Shown here: positions 37,290-50,765 of the stretch, piece after piece
Numbering within the stretch: position 1 is the stretch's first letter
Layout: every line of letters starts with the position of its first letter
From: Mobula hypostoma
Lineage: Eukaryota
Assembly (NCBI RefSeq): GCF_963921235.1
Contig: NC_086097.1
Span: 66,466,001 to 66,530,000, forward strand
Length of the DNA stretch: 64,000 nt
Direction of reading: 5' to 3'
Program-made: the position numbers and the translations under genes
The notes under the pieces: generated by a model
The model's input: the letters and a program-made list of their open reading frames with translations, nothing else
Told to the model about the DNA's origin: nothing
The model's database searches: none

Positions 37290-40200
37290 CAGTGGTGCTC
37301 GAAAGTGTGTGAACTCTATAGAATTTTCTCTATTTCTGCATAGTTATGACCTAAAATGTGATCAGTTCTTCACACGTCCTAAAATTAGAAAAAGAGAACC
37401 CCATTAAATAAATGACACCAAAAGCATTATACTTGTTCATTTAAACGCAAACAACAGGAATTCTGCAGATGCTGGAAATTCAAGCAACACACATCAAAGT
37501 TGCTGGTGAATGCAGCAGGCCAGGCAGCATCTGTAGGAAGAGGTGCAGTCGACGTTTCAGGCCGAGACCCTTCGTCAGGACTAACTGAAGGAAGAGTGAG
37601 TAAGGGATTTGAAAGTTGGAGGGGGAGGGGGAGGGGGAGATCCAAAATGATAGGAGAAGACAGGAGGGGGAGGGATAGAGCCAAGAGCCGGACAGGTGAT
37701 AGGCAACAGGGGATACGAGAGGATCATGGGACAGGAGGTCCAGGAAGAAAGACAAGGTGGGGGGGGGACCCAGAGGATGGGCAAGAGGTATATTCAGAGG
37801 GACAGAGGGAGAAAAAGGAGAGTGAGAGAAAGAATGTGTGCATAAAAATAAGTAACAGATGGGGTACGAGGGGGAGGTGGGGCCTTAGCAGAAGTTAGAG
37901 AAGTCGATGTTCATGCCATCAGGTTGGAGGCTACCCAGACGGAATATAAGGTGTTGTTCCTTCAACCTGAGTGTGGCTTCATCTTTACAGTAGAGGAGGC
38001 CGTGGATAGACATGTCAGAATGGGAATGGGATGTGGAATTAAAATGTGTGGCCACTGGGAGATCCTGCTTTCTCTGGCGGACAGAGCATAGATATTCAGC
38101 AAAGCGGTCTCCCAGTCTGCGTCGGGTCTCGCCAATATATAAAAGGCCATATCGAGAGCACCGGACGCAGTATATCACCCCAGTCGACTCACAGGTGAAG
38201 TGTTGCCTCACCTGGAAGGACTGTTTGGGGCCCTGAATGGTGGTAAGGGAGGAAGTGTAAGGGCATGTGTAGCACTTGTTCCGCTTACACGGATAAGTGC
38301 CAGGAGGGAGATCAGTGGGGAGGGATGGGGGGGACGAATGGACAAGGGAGTTGCGTAGGGAGCGATCCCTGCGGAATGCAGAGAGAGGGGGGAGGGAAAG
38401 ATGTGCTTAGTGGTGGGATCCCGTTGGAGGTGGCGGAAGTTACGGAGAATATGTTGGACCAGGAGGCTGGTGGGGTGGTGGGTGAGGACCAGGGGAACCC
38501 TATTCCTAGTGGGGTGGCAGGAGGATGGAGAGAGAGCAGATGTACGTGAAATGGGGGAGATGCGTTTAAGAGCAGAGTTGATAGTGGAGGAAGGGAAGCC
38601 CCTTTCTTTAAAAAAGGAAGACATCTCCCTCGTCCTAGAATGAAAAGCCTCATCCTGAGAGGACGAGGGAGATGTCTTCCTTTTTTAAAGAAAGGGGCTT
38701 CCCTTCCTCCACTATCAGCATCTGCTCTCAGGATGAGGCTTTTCATTCTAGGACGAGGGAGATGTCTTCCTTTTTTAAAGAAAGGGGCTTCCCTTCCTCC
38801 ACTATCAACTCTGCTCTTAAACGCATCTCCCCCATTTGACGTACATCTGCTCTCACTCCATCCTCCCGCCACCCCACTAGGAATAGGGTTCCCCTGGTCC
38901 TCACCTACCACCCCACCAGCCTCTGGGTCCAACATATTATTCTCCGTAACTTCTGCCACCTCCAACGGGATCCCACCACTAAGCACATCTTTCCCTCCCC
39001 CCCTCTCTCTGCATTCCACAGGGATCGCTCCCTACGCAACTCCCTTGTCCATTCGTCCCCCCCATCCCTCCCCACTGATCTCCCTCCTGGCACTTATCCG
39101 TGTAAGCGGAACAAGTGCTACACATGCCCTTACACTTCCTCCCTTACCACCATTCAGGGCCCCAAATAGTCCTTCCAGGTGAGGCAACACTTCACCTGTG
39201 AGTCGACTGGGGTGATATACTGCGTCCGGTGCTCCCGATGTGGCCTTTTATATATTGGCGAGACCCGACACAGACTGGAAGACCGCTTTGCTGAACATCT
39301 ACGCTCTGTCCGCCAGAGAAAGCAGGATCTCCCAGTGGCCACACATTTTAATTCCACATCCCATTCCCATTCTGACATGTCTATCCACGGCCTCCTCTAC
39401 CGTAAAGATGAAGCCACACTCAGGTTGGAGGAACAACACCTTATATTCCGTCTGGGTAGCCTCCAACCTGATGGCATGAACATCGACTTCTCTAACTTCT
39501 GCTAAGGCCCCACCTCCCCCTCGTACCCCATCTGTTACTTATTTTTATGCACACATTCTTTCTCTCACTCTCCTTTTTCTCCCTCTGTCCCTCTGAATAT
39601 ACCTCTTGCCCATCCTCTGGGTTCCCCCCCCCTTGTCTTTCTTCCCGGACCTCCTGTCCCATGATCCTCTCGTATCCCCTTTTGCCTATCACCTGTCCAG
39701 CTCTTGGCTCTATCCCTCCCCCTCCCCCTCCCCCTCCAACTTTCAAATCCCTTACTCACTCTTCCTTCAGTTAGTCCTGACGAAGGGTCTCGGTCTGAAA
39801 CGTCAATTGCACCTCTTCCTACAGATGCTGCCTGGCCTGCTGTGTTCACCAGCAACTTTGATGTGTGATACTTGTTCATTTATTTATTGAGAAAAATAAT
39901 CCAATATTATATGTATTTGTTGGAAAAAGTATGTCTTGTTGGAAAAAAATGTGAGTCTTTGCTTTCAGTAACTAGTGTGACCCCCTTGTAATAGCAATAA
40001 TTTCAGCCAAACATTTCTGGGAAATGTTGATCAGTTTTGCACATTGGCTTGGAGGAACTTTAAGCCATTCCTCCTTACAGAACTGCTTCAACTCTGGGAT
40101 GTTGATGTGTCTCCTTGCATGAAATGTTTGCTTCAATTCCTTCTGCAACATTTCTATAGGATTAAGGTCAGGACTTTTACTTGGCCATTCCAAAACACAA

Positions 40201-41262
40201 ATTTTCTTCCTTTTAAACCATTCTGTTGTTTATTTACTCTTGTCTTTTGGATCATTGTCTTATTGCATTATCCAACTTCTATTAAGCTTCAGGTGATGGA
40301 TTGCTACCCTGATATTCTCCTGTAAAACATTTTGTTACAATATTGAGTTTATTGTTCCCTCAATGATTGCAAGCTCTTCAGGCCCTGAAACAGCAAAGCA
40401 GCCCCAAACCATGATGCTTCTTCCACCATGCTTCACAGTTGGGGTAAGGTTTTGGTGTTGGTGTGCAGTGTCCTTTTTCCTCCAAACATAACAATGTGCA
40501 TTTCTACAAAAAAAAACAAATTGTGTCTCAACTGACCACAGAACATTGTCCCAGAAGTACTGTAGAACATTCAGGTGATGTTTTGCAAACTTGAGATGTG
40601 TAGCAATTTTTATTTTGGAGAGCAGTGATATCCTCCATTCCTTTTCAATGTTTTTCTTATAGTGAACACATGAACAGAGACTTAAGCAAGTTCTAGAGAT
40701 TTCTGCAGGCCTTTTGCTGTTACCCTTGTGTTCTTTTTCACCACTTTCAGCATTGCATGTTGTGCTCTTGCTGTGATCTTTGCAGGACGCCCACTCCTAG
40801 GGAGAGTAGCAACAGTACTGAGTTTACTGCATTTGTAGACAATTTCTCTTACTGTGGATTGGTGAACACTCAGGTCTTAAGAAATGTTTTGTCACTTTTT
40901 TCCAGCTTCATGCATCCCCACACTTGAGAAGAGCAGGCTCTGCCAGTCACTTGACTTTATGTGTCTTTTTTATAGGGCATACCTCTAATCTCATCTCATT
41001 GGTTGGAACACCTGACTCCAAATAACTTTTGTGGAAGGCATTACGCCAGAGGTTCACATACTTTTTCCAACAAATACATGTGATGTTGAATCATTTTCCT
41101 CAATAAATAAATGAAGAAATATTATGTTTTTTTGTTATTTATTTAATTGGGTTCTCTTTATCTGGTTTTAGGACTAGTGTGAAGATCTGATCACCTTTTA
41201 GGTCATATTTATGCAGAAGAGGAGAAAATTCTACAGGGTTCACAAACTTTCTAGCACCACTA
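37290..41262 (-). mobile_element. Tc1/mariner DNA transposon with degenerate transposase, long TIRs and TA TSD
   Basis: TA|cagtggtgctcgaaagt... and ...actttctagcaccacta|TA; ORF 39972..40193 MEWPSKSPDLNPIE; left TIR interrupted by Penelope element 4. Confidence 0.9.
37444..39867. mobile_element. Penelope-like element 4: 2.4-kb palindrome (arms 37488-38661 and 38725-39867, 63-bp spacer); hammerhead motifs at 37547-37582 (-, intact) and 39773-39808 (+, mutated)
   Basis: Mirror GIY-YIG ORFs 37885..38211 (-) and 39179..39505 (+); 15-bp TSD atacttgttcattta at 37429-37443 and 39868-39882. Confidence 0.92.
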
Positions 41263-41475
41263 TAGCATATCAGGTAATATTTGCTGTGCTCCCTTCCCAT
41301 TTCGTTGGATTCACGGTTCCCACATTCCTTTTAAATTTATCCAGTTCACTGCAACTTTTTTATGTTATAATAAAAATCAATTATGATTTTCTGGACTATT
41401 GTTTCCAATATTAACTTCAACTATCTTTCTTACAACCTAAATAGTGGTTTAATAAAAAAAAAAGAGAACTAGATC

Positions 41476-44400
41476 CATAGAACCATAGAACCATAGAAAC
41501 TACAGCACAGAAACAGGCCCTTTGGCCCTTCTCGGCTGTGCCGAACCATTTTCTGCCTAGTCCCACTGACCTGCACACGGACCATATCCCTCCATACACC
41601 TCCCATCCATGTATCTGTCCAATTTATTCTTAAATGTTAAAAAAGAACCCGCATTTACCACCTCATCTGGCAGCTCATTCCATACTCTCACTACTCTCTG
41701 TGTGAAGAAGCCCCCCCTAATGTTCCCTTTAAACTTTTCCCCCCTCACCCTTAACCCATGTCCTCTGGTTTTTTTCTCCCCTTGCCTCAGTGGAAAAAGC
41801 CTGCTTGCATTCACTCTATCTATACCCATCATAATTTTATACACCTCTATCAAATCTCCCCTCATTCTTCTACGCTCCAGGGAATAAAGTCCTAACCTAT
41901 TCAACCTTTCTCTGTAACTGAGTTTCTCAAGTCCCGGCAACATCCTTGTAAACCTTCTCTGCACTCTTTCAACCTTATTTATATCCTTCCTGTAATTTGG
42001 TGACTAAAACTGAACACAATACTCCAGATTCGGCCTCACCAATGCCTTATACAACCTAATCATAACATTCCAGCTCTTATACTCAATACTTTGATTAATA
42101 AAGGCCAATGTACCAAAAGCTCTCTTTACGACCCTATATACCTGTGACAACACTTTTAGGGAATTTTGTATCTGTATTCCCAGATCCCTCTGATCCACTG
42201 CACTCCTCAGTGCCTTACCATTAACCCTGTATGTTCTATGTTGGTTTGTCCTTCCAACGTGCAATACCTCACACTTGTCAGTACTAAACTCCATCTGCCA
42301 TTTTTCAGCCCATTTTTCCAGCTGGTCCAAGTCCCTCTGCAGGCTCTGAAAACCTTCCTCACTGTCTACTACACCTCCAATCTTTGTATCATCAGCAAAC
42401 TTGCTGATCCAATTTACCACATTATCATCCAGATCATTGATATAGATGACAAATAACAATGGACCCAGCACTGATCCCTGTGGCACACCACTAGTCACAG
42501 GCCTCCACTCAGAGAAGCAAATCTCTACCACCACTCTCTGGCTTCTTCCATCGAGCCAATGTCTAATCCAATTTGCCACCTCTCCATGTATACGTAGTGA
42601 CTGAATTTTCCTAACTAACCTCCCATGCGGGACCTTGTCAAAGGCCTTACTGAAGTCCATGTAGACAATATCCACTGCCTTCCCTTCACCCACTTTCCTG
42701 GTAACCTCCTCAAAAAACTCCAACAGATTGGTCAAACATGACCTACCACGCACAAAGCCATGTTGACTCCCCCTAATAAGCCCCTGTCTATCCAAATGCT
42801 TGTAGATTCTGTCTCTTAGTACTCCCTCCAGTAACTTACCTACTACTGACGTTAAACTCACCGGCCTATAATTTCCCGGATTACTTTTCGATCTTTTTTT
42901 AAACAACGGAACAACATGAGCCACTCTCCAGTCCTCCGGCACTTCACCCGTAGACAGTGACATTTTAAATATTTCTGCCAGGGCCCCCACAATTTCAACA
43001 CTAGTCTCCTTCAAGGTCCGAAGGAACACTCTGTCAGGTCCCGGGGATTTATCCACTTTAATTTTCCTCAAGACAGCAAGCACCTCCTCCTTTTCAATCT
43101 GTACAGTTTCCATGGTCTCACTACTTGATTCCCTCAATTCCATAGATTTCATGCCAGCTTCCTTAGTAAATACAGATGCAAAAAACCTATTTAAGATCTC
43201 CCCCATTTCCTTTGGTTCCGCACAAAGCCGACCACTCTGATCTTCAAGAGGACCAATTTATCCCTTACAATCCTTTTGCTCTTAATATACTTGTAAAAGC
43301 TCTTTGGATTATCCTTCACTTTGACCGCCAAGGCAACCTCATGTCTTCTTTTAGCCCTCCTGATTTCGTTCTTAAGTATTTTCTTGCACTTCTTATACTC
43401 CTCAAGCACCTGATTTACCCCTTGTTTCCTATACATTTCATACAACTCCCTCTTCTTCTTTATCAGAGTTACAATATCCCTTGAGAACCAAGGTTCCTTA
43501 TTCCTATTCAATTTGCCTTTAATCCTGACAGGAACATACAAACTCTGCACTCTCAAAATTTCCCCTTTGAAGGCTTGCCACCTACCAATCACATCTTTGC
43601 CAGAGAACAACCTGTCCCAATCCACGCTTTTTAGATCCTTTCTCATTTCTTCAAATTTGGCCTTCTTCCAGTTCAGAACCTCAACCCTAGGACCAGATCT
43701 ATCCTTGTCCATGATCAAATTGAAACTAATGGTGTTATGATCACTGGAACCAAAGTGCTCCCCTACACAGACTTCTGTCACTTGCCCTAATTCGTTACCT
43801 AACAGGAGATCCAATATTGCATCCCCTCTAGTTGGTCCCTCTATATATTGATTTAGAAAACTTTCCTGAACACATTTTACAAACTCTAAACCATCTAGAC
43901 CCCTAACAGTATGGGAGTCCCAATCAATGTATGGAAAATTAAAATCCCCTACCACCACAACTTTATGTTTCCTGCAGTTGCCTGCTATCTCTCTGCAGAT
44001 TTGCTCTTCCAAGTCTCGTTGACTATTGGGTGGTCTGTAATACAATCCCACTAATGTGGCCATACCTTTCCTGTTTCTCAGCTCCACCCATAAGGACTCA
44101 GTAGACAAGCCCTCTAATCTGTCCTGCCTGAGCACTGCTGTAGTATTTTCCCTAACAAGCAATGCTACTCCCCCACCTTTCATTCCTCTGCCTCGATCAC
44201 ATCTGAAACATCGGAACCCTGGAATATTAAGCTGCCAGTCCTGCCCCTCCTGTAGCCAAGTTTCACTAATTGCTACAACATCATAATTCCACGTGTCAAT
44301 CCACGCCCTCAACTCATCCGCCTTCCCCACAATACTCCTAGCATTGAAATATATACACCTCAGAAGATTTTTACCACCACTCACAACCTTTCCATCAGCG

Positions 44401-45170
44401 GATTTGCTTAAACTTTCAACATCATTTATTTTCACCCCAGCCACACTGTCAGCTCTGGCACTCTGGTTCCCATCCCCCTGCAAATCTAGTTTAAAGCCTC
44501 TCCAATAGCACTAACAAACCTCCCTGAAAGGATATTGGTCCCCCTGTGGTTCAAGTGTAACCCGTCTCTCTTGTACAGGTCCCACCTGCCCCAGAAGAGG
44601 TCCCAATGATGCTGAAATCTGAAACCCTGCCCCCTACACCAGTTCCTCAGCCACTTGTTCCTCCTCCAGAGCATCCTATTCCTACCCTCACTGGCACCTA
44701 GCACAGATAGCAATCCTGAGATTACCACCCTTGAGGTCCTGCTTTTCAACTTCCTACCAAGCTCTCTATACTCACTGTCCAGGACCTCTTCACTCTTCCT
44801 TGCTATGTCATTGGTACCGATGTGCACCACGACATCTGGCTGGTCACCCTCCCACTTCAGAATGTCATGCAATCGATCAGAGACATCCTTGACCCTGGCA
44901 CCTGGGAGGCAACAAACCATCCTGGATTCTCTGTCACAACCACAGAACCTTCTATCTGCACCTTTAACTATCGAGTCCCCTATCACTACCGCTCTCCTCT
45001 TTCTCCCCCCCTCCCTTCTGCACTGCAGAGCCAGACTCAGTGCCAGAGATCTGGCTACTGCAGCTAGTCCCAGGTAAGTCATCCCTCCCAACAGTATCCA
45101 ATGCGGTATACTTGTTGTTGAGGGGAATGGCCACAGGGGAACCCTGCTCTGCCTGCCCTTTCCTCTTGGT
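41476..45170 (-). mobile_element. Near full-length CR1 LINE: SGNH/GDSL-esterase ORF1 portion plus APE-RT ORF2 with one frameshift and one stop
   Basis: 44486..45187 (VIGDSIV, HIGTND, DGLHL); 43191..44483 APE; 42004..43206 and 41557..41964 RT; (CATAGAAC)n tail. Confidence 0.93.
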
Positions 45171-45683
45171 AGGATTTTGTGCAGCAAGAACCTGAAAAAG
45201 AAAGAGATGAATGTTGTTCTACTCTATCCTTAGAATCCTTCTGACTCTAGTTTTTTTTTATCCATAACTTTTAAACCAGTTTTCATTTTTTGTATCGCAG
45301 TTTCATATTTTAATGTATTTTAAAGGGGAAAATCTTTGGCTCCCATTCAAGGCATTTTGTAACCAACAAATCACAGAATTATTGTGGATTGGTCCTCGAG
45401 AAATCCAGAATCAGTGACAGATTTTCAAAGAACTTTCCAGACATAAAACCACCTTAATCAAATCAATGTGTGTGAAAATAGGCAGTCCTACTAGGACATA
45501 GCATAACAAACTGAAGGTAGAAAAGTTTAACAGAATTGCTTTTCTGCAGATGTAAGGAATAAAGTTCTACAGCATATTACTTCTATTTAAACAGCCAATT
45601 TCTAGCAATTATCATACTTTTAAATAGTGATAAAATAAGCCACATTGCAAAAGAGTGAGCAATTTATATGTAATGTGTTTGAG

Positions 45684-45894
45684 ACTCCATTATTTAGAAG
45701 ACGCTGTAAACTATTTCAACCAAGCTGTGAATTTGGATCCATTTTTTGTGGATGCATATTATGGACGTGGAAATGTATATATGGATTCTGGTCATCCAGC
45801 TGGAATAAAGCAAGCACAGAAAGATTTTGTTCGAGCACTTCATTTAAATCCTAAATGTGTGAAAGCCAGACTCAATCTGGGATACAATTTACAG
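45684..45894 (+). CDS. TTC6: TTC6-like internal exon (2-0): LHYLEDAVNYFNQAVNLDPFFVDAYYGRGNVYMDSGHPAGIKQAQKDFVRALHLNPKCVKARLNLGYNLQ
   Basis: Lies within ORF 45655..45954; donor CAG|gtatgg; the only nearby phase-compatible acceptor is gtgtttgag|; KQAQKDF..ALH.NP and GYNLQ are TTC6-like. Confidence 0.9.
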
Positions 45895-46909
45895 GTATGG
45901 ATTACTTTTGGAGACTTATTGCAAAAGAAAATTACTATTTATGTAGAATTTTAACTTTTGCTAAAATATGAACAAAATTATCATTTTTCTTTTGTTTTAA
46001 ATTATTGCTTAGAAATGATCTTGCATTGTGTGATATTAGGTGTAAAATAAGCTTTGTTTTCCAGAGCAGAATATGATAATGTTATTCTTTCTCATTCATA
46101 CCACCGTGGTAATTCTCGCAGGCACTTCCCTTTGTAAATCTCACCAGCATAAATTACTATTTTCTTATAGGATATGCAGATGACATCATTTTCTCATGCT
46201 TGTTTGGAACACTACAGTAAGAAACTGGGTCAAGTTCTTTGAAAATGCATTTGCTGTTAGTCAGTCGCAGGAGAACTGGGTTGACAAAATGCTCTTTACT
46301 AAAGCAGCTGCATGATTTAAGGGGCCACTCAAATATTTTTTTTAAATCAGACCTGTGTTATCTATTGTAGAAGAGTCAGCGCTGAAAATTGTTCCTACTG
46401 ACCACAATAGCTTAGGGTAGGGACACCACGATTTCATTCTAGAAACTTCCATACAAACAGAATATTTTGTTTGGGTGTGCGGCAGAAGCTAGATCTGCAG
46501 GTGGCAGAGGCAGTGCAGATGTAAGTGAGAATACTAAAGACTTATGCCAAGGAGGAACTATTGCTGCTGACGTTGTTCCAGGAACAACACTATGTCTTTG
46601 AGAAGTTGGGATCAATGGTAACTATTTTGTCAATTCTGATGCACAAAACTCCAGTCATCTGTTCATGCCTGGATCTCTTACATGGCCATCAAGTTCACAC
46701 TTATTCTCTGTCCTAGCATCAAAATAATTCTATCAGTGATGGTTTATATGTAGCATTTCTCAGTTTGCTGCTCACTACAGCATCAGGATGGTTATAAATG
46801 GTTTCCATTCAAGGAAGAGGGAACATCAAGCCAAATAGGCTCATAAACAATAGGAATTATTCAATAAGATCCTAACAAATCAGATCTTAGCTTCAGCCCA
46901 TTTTCTACA

Positions 46910-47310
46910 TAATGTTAGATTTCTGGACTAGAGGGGAATCAATCCCAGCTTTGAATATATTCAATGGCACAAACTTCAAAACTTTCTATGACAGATTCTC
47001 CCTGTTTTCATCTTCAATGGTTGATCCTATATTTTGTAGGTAAGTCCTTGGTTTTAGATTTCCCTACGAGGTGTAGTGTCCTCTCAGCAACTATCCTGTC
47101 AAGAAAATCTCAGAATCTCACTTATCTTAATAAGATCATTTCGCCTCTCATTCTTCTAATCTCCAATGAAAACATGATCAACCTTTTCTCATAAGGGAAT
47201 CATTTAATCTCGGGCATAACCTAGTGAACTATTTCTGAATTGCCTCTAATGCAAGAATATTCCTCCCTAAATGAAGAGACCAAAACTGCGGGTGGTGCTC
47301 CAGTGTGGAA
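46910..47310 (-). mobile_element. Old CR1 3' remnant
   Basis: Degenerate match to CR1 RT C-terminus (gagaccaaaactgc..tgctccag, cctagtgaac). Confidence 0.55.
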
Positions 47311-48999
47311 GACTTCTCAGCTTTTAAACTCTTATACCCTTTACTTGAAACATTAGCCTTTTTTCTTTCTCCACATACTGTAGGCAGCATGAGCTGGCAA
47401 GCACCTTCTGTAATATCTGCCTTTGCTTCTGATTTATAACCTCTACAGATTTGCTTTGTTTGTCAAATGCTTTGGAATTTAGTAGTACTCAACTGCAGTG
47501 TTATGAGCAAACAGGACTCGGCAAACAGAAAGAAGGGAGAGCACTTTTGGACAGTTCATCTTGCCTCACTTATTTCAGGGGGCAGCTCTGCCCTGAAGGC
47601 TAAATCTTGAGGGGCAAATGCTCTCTTGTCTTTTACTGACTTCTTGTTAGTGTTACTGCCACTGCAGCTGAATATCATAAAAATGAAAAATGCAGCTTCA
47701 CCACATGCCTGAAAATTTTTTTTTTATTAAAAAGATTCTAAAATTTTAAAATAAAGGCAGTAAATGCTGAAAATACTAATCAGGTCAAGTTGCATCTGAA
47801 CAAAGAGAAACAGATTTAATGTTTCAGGTCAAAGACCTTTAGTTTACTCTAGATCCTTCATAGCTATCATCTGCTTTCATTAAGGAACCACTAAAATTTT
47901 GTTCAACTGTGATTGTTAAATAGCTCTATCTTGTTAAATGTCTCTTCTCTTGTTTTCAGAATCAAAAAATTGAAAATAAGATGGATTATGATATTTCTTA
48001 ATTTAATTCTGCTCTAACTTTAATGATTTATGTTTGTGCCATTAATTTGGTATGATCTATATTGGCTACAACAATTGGATCAATTAGATGTCTTTTGCCT
48101 TTGGAACCTGTGATTTATTTTGTTTTGCAAGCCTCAGAGGCCAAAAATCTAATAAACTGTACATCATACAGACAAAATGCAAGTACTACCATTTGTTCAT
48201 CAAGGCTCCATTCAAAAACAAAATCAACCATCACTATAGGTCATATCTGCAATATAGGTGCATCCCTGCTACTGGAATTTTTCAGCATTATCAAATGACA
48301 AAGGCTAGCTAAAGATGCAGCATTTATGTGGAGCCATTAAACTGTACAGGAAAGGAATTTATTTTGTATAAAGAGGCGAGTGGGATATGTAGGACTAGAG
48401 AAACTGCACAATAATGCCTCACCTTTGAGAATTAGTAACCTGCAGGACAAACTGTGGATTGCATTGTACTGCTGTGCTAAGTTAACAAATATCATGACAT
48501 ATGTTGGTGATATTAAACCTGATTCTGATACTGCATTGGTTCCCATCTATGAACACAAATCTGCATTGGTTTTAGTTTAATCCATCAATGTCTGTGTCGG
48601 AAATGAGCACCCCTGACTGTAACTTCATTTTTTAGTCAGTTCTTCAGAGCCAGGGCAAAGGTTATTTAACAAGCTTGTGCTGAAAGTATTAGGAGAAAAA
48701 GCTATGGAAATCAATAGTACATTTCCCTTCCAATGTACACAGTGGACATGTATATCACATTATTCCTTTCAAAACTAGAACTACATCCAGAGGAACAGAA
48801 ATTTGTCTTAATATCTAAATTCTGGGTTTCTTTTAAGGTTCTTTGATTGTTTAACAATTTCCAATTGAAAGATTAAAACTGCATCAAGATTAGCACTGAA
48901 CAATGCACGAATCTGTTACTCATGAGGATTCACTAATCGTGATGTTTTCATAAAACCTTTGTAGTACACATAACATCAACCTAATGTTTGGATGATTTA

Positions 49000-49370
49000 A
49001 GCACTGGGCCTGATTGAAAAGGTCAGGGTTTCAGGTCCAGAGGTGAGGTGAGGGCTGGTTCTGCCCAGTTCTCGCTGCTCTACAACATTTACTCAGCTCC
49101 ACGCTGAACTGAGGCTGTGGCCTGCTCCAGCTGCGGTGATGCCTGGCTTTGCATTTTTCGTAAAACTTCACTTCTGAAACTATTTGCTTACTTTTATTGT
49201 TTGCATGATTTTTTTTTCTCTCTCTGTGCTTTGGGTGGTTGACGGTCTGTTTTTTTAAATGGGATCTTTTGAGGTTTCTTTCTTTTGTGGCTGCCTGTAA
49301 GGAGACAAATCTCATGGTTGTATAATGTATACATACTTTGATAATAAATGTAATTTGAACTTTGAACTAT
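49000..49370 (+). mobile_element. LINE 3' UTR remnant (Rex1-like)
   Basis: Ends tactttgataataaatgtaatttgaactttgaact. Confidence 0.5.
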
Positions 49371-50447
49371 GTTTTCAATTGTTGTTTACACCACTGTATT
49401 CCCATTAAACTTGATTTCCAGCTCAGATTTACTTTGTGGCAGTGTATCCCCATCCTCTGTTCATTCCATTATGGAAGGAATAGTTATCCATGAAGGACAC
49501 CCACAATGGGCCATCATCTGATTAACATACCATCAGGGAAGCTTTGTAGCAGGCTATGGTGTATTGACCAAGAATCAGTGGTAGTATTAAACATGCTGGC
49601 AAGTAGAACAACACTTCCATCCTTTAGAATACCAGTTTAACACTCTGAAGACTGGACAGACAATTAACTACATATCTAGGTCAGCCAATATTGTGGACCA
49701 AAGGGCCTCTACTGTGCTGTACTATTCTATGTTCTATAACTCAGAGCTCAGACCAAGAGCCTTCAACTCCCTGCCAATGGACCAAAATCCTACTAACTGC
49801 TTGACTGCTCTGCAATGGCAGCTGTGTTCTAAAAGTTGTTAGTCTTCTGTAAGAATAGCATGGTGATTTTGGAGTAAAAGCTACTGTCTCCCAGCTCCAG
49901 ATATGATCAATTCTGTCTGTGTGGAGTTTGAATGTTCTCCTCATAACTCTGTGGGGACTTTGCCAGTCCTTGTTCTCACCCTTTCAACCATCCACAATTT
50001 TTGCAATGCTGTTTAGTTTTATACACAGACTAGGAAGTAGTTGTAGAGGGAGAAGCACAGTTCACATTTCAACTGAAATTTGAAATAGATTTTAAAAAGC
50101 AGAGAAAATGGAAGCGGAGAGGACAAAATGAACAAGAAGATCTATGATGAATGGAAAACAGAAGAGATTAAGCGATAGAAAAAATGACAGTACAAGATGA
50201 AAGCAGTCACTTAATTAGCATTGTTCTGTCCAATGCAGAAGAAACTAGATAATGAATAGTGTCTGACTTATTTGATCACATATCAATCACTTTTACCATT
50301 AATCATTCTTTCACTTGGAAAGACTGTTTGTGGCTCAAGTGTAGGAAGAGATCTATAGTTCCTTGGGAAGGTGCTATGAAAATGCAGGAGAGTGGTGGAA
50401 TTGAAGGAGTGAACAAGAGCATCCTAAAGAAATTCCAAGTGTGGAAG

Positions 50448-50765
50448 GTTCAAGATTCAAGGTTGTTTAATGTCATTTCTAGTATAGAAGTGTAAAGAAG
50501 AATGAAATAATTGTTACTCCAGCTCTGTGCAGCACAAAAAAAAACACAATAAGACAAAGAACACAATAAAAATAAAAAAGTAGATATAAATACATAATAT
50601 AGTTTATATACTAGATTGATTGTATGTACTAGAGACAGGAGTGTCTGTACATAAGGCGACTAACAGGAAATGATAAAGTAGTGGTGGTTGGGGTGTGGAG
50701 GGGTGGGTTAGTAGGTGGAGGTGTTGATCAGCCTTACAGCTTGGGGAAAGTAACTGTTTTTGATT
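50448..50765 (-). mobile_element. Rex1/Babar 3' end remnant
   Basis: (gattcaa)-type tail and cttacagcttggggaaagtaactgttttt, comparable to the other Rex1 ends in the window. Confidence 0.6.

Noticed and set aside
37488..39867. Palindromes as possible assembly fold-back artefacts
   Set aside because: Each has its own TSD, asymmetric ends and arm-specific differences, and the host element rejoins across it.
44486..45187. Host GDSL lipase/esterase gene
   Set aside because: Directly abuts CR1 ORF2; an esterase domain is a known component of CR1-group ORF1.
46525..46716. 63-aa plus-strand ORF as an additional TTC6 exon
   Set aside because: No TPR pattern, and the flanking exons at 45894 and 55189 already join seamlessly (GYNLQ|VLGKFQ).
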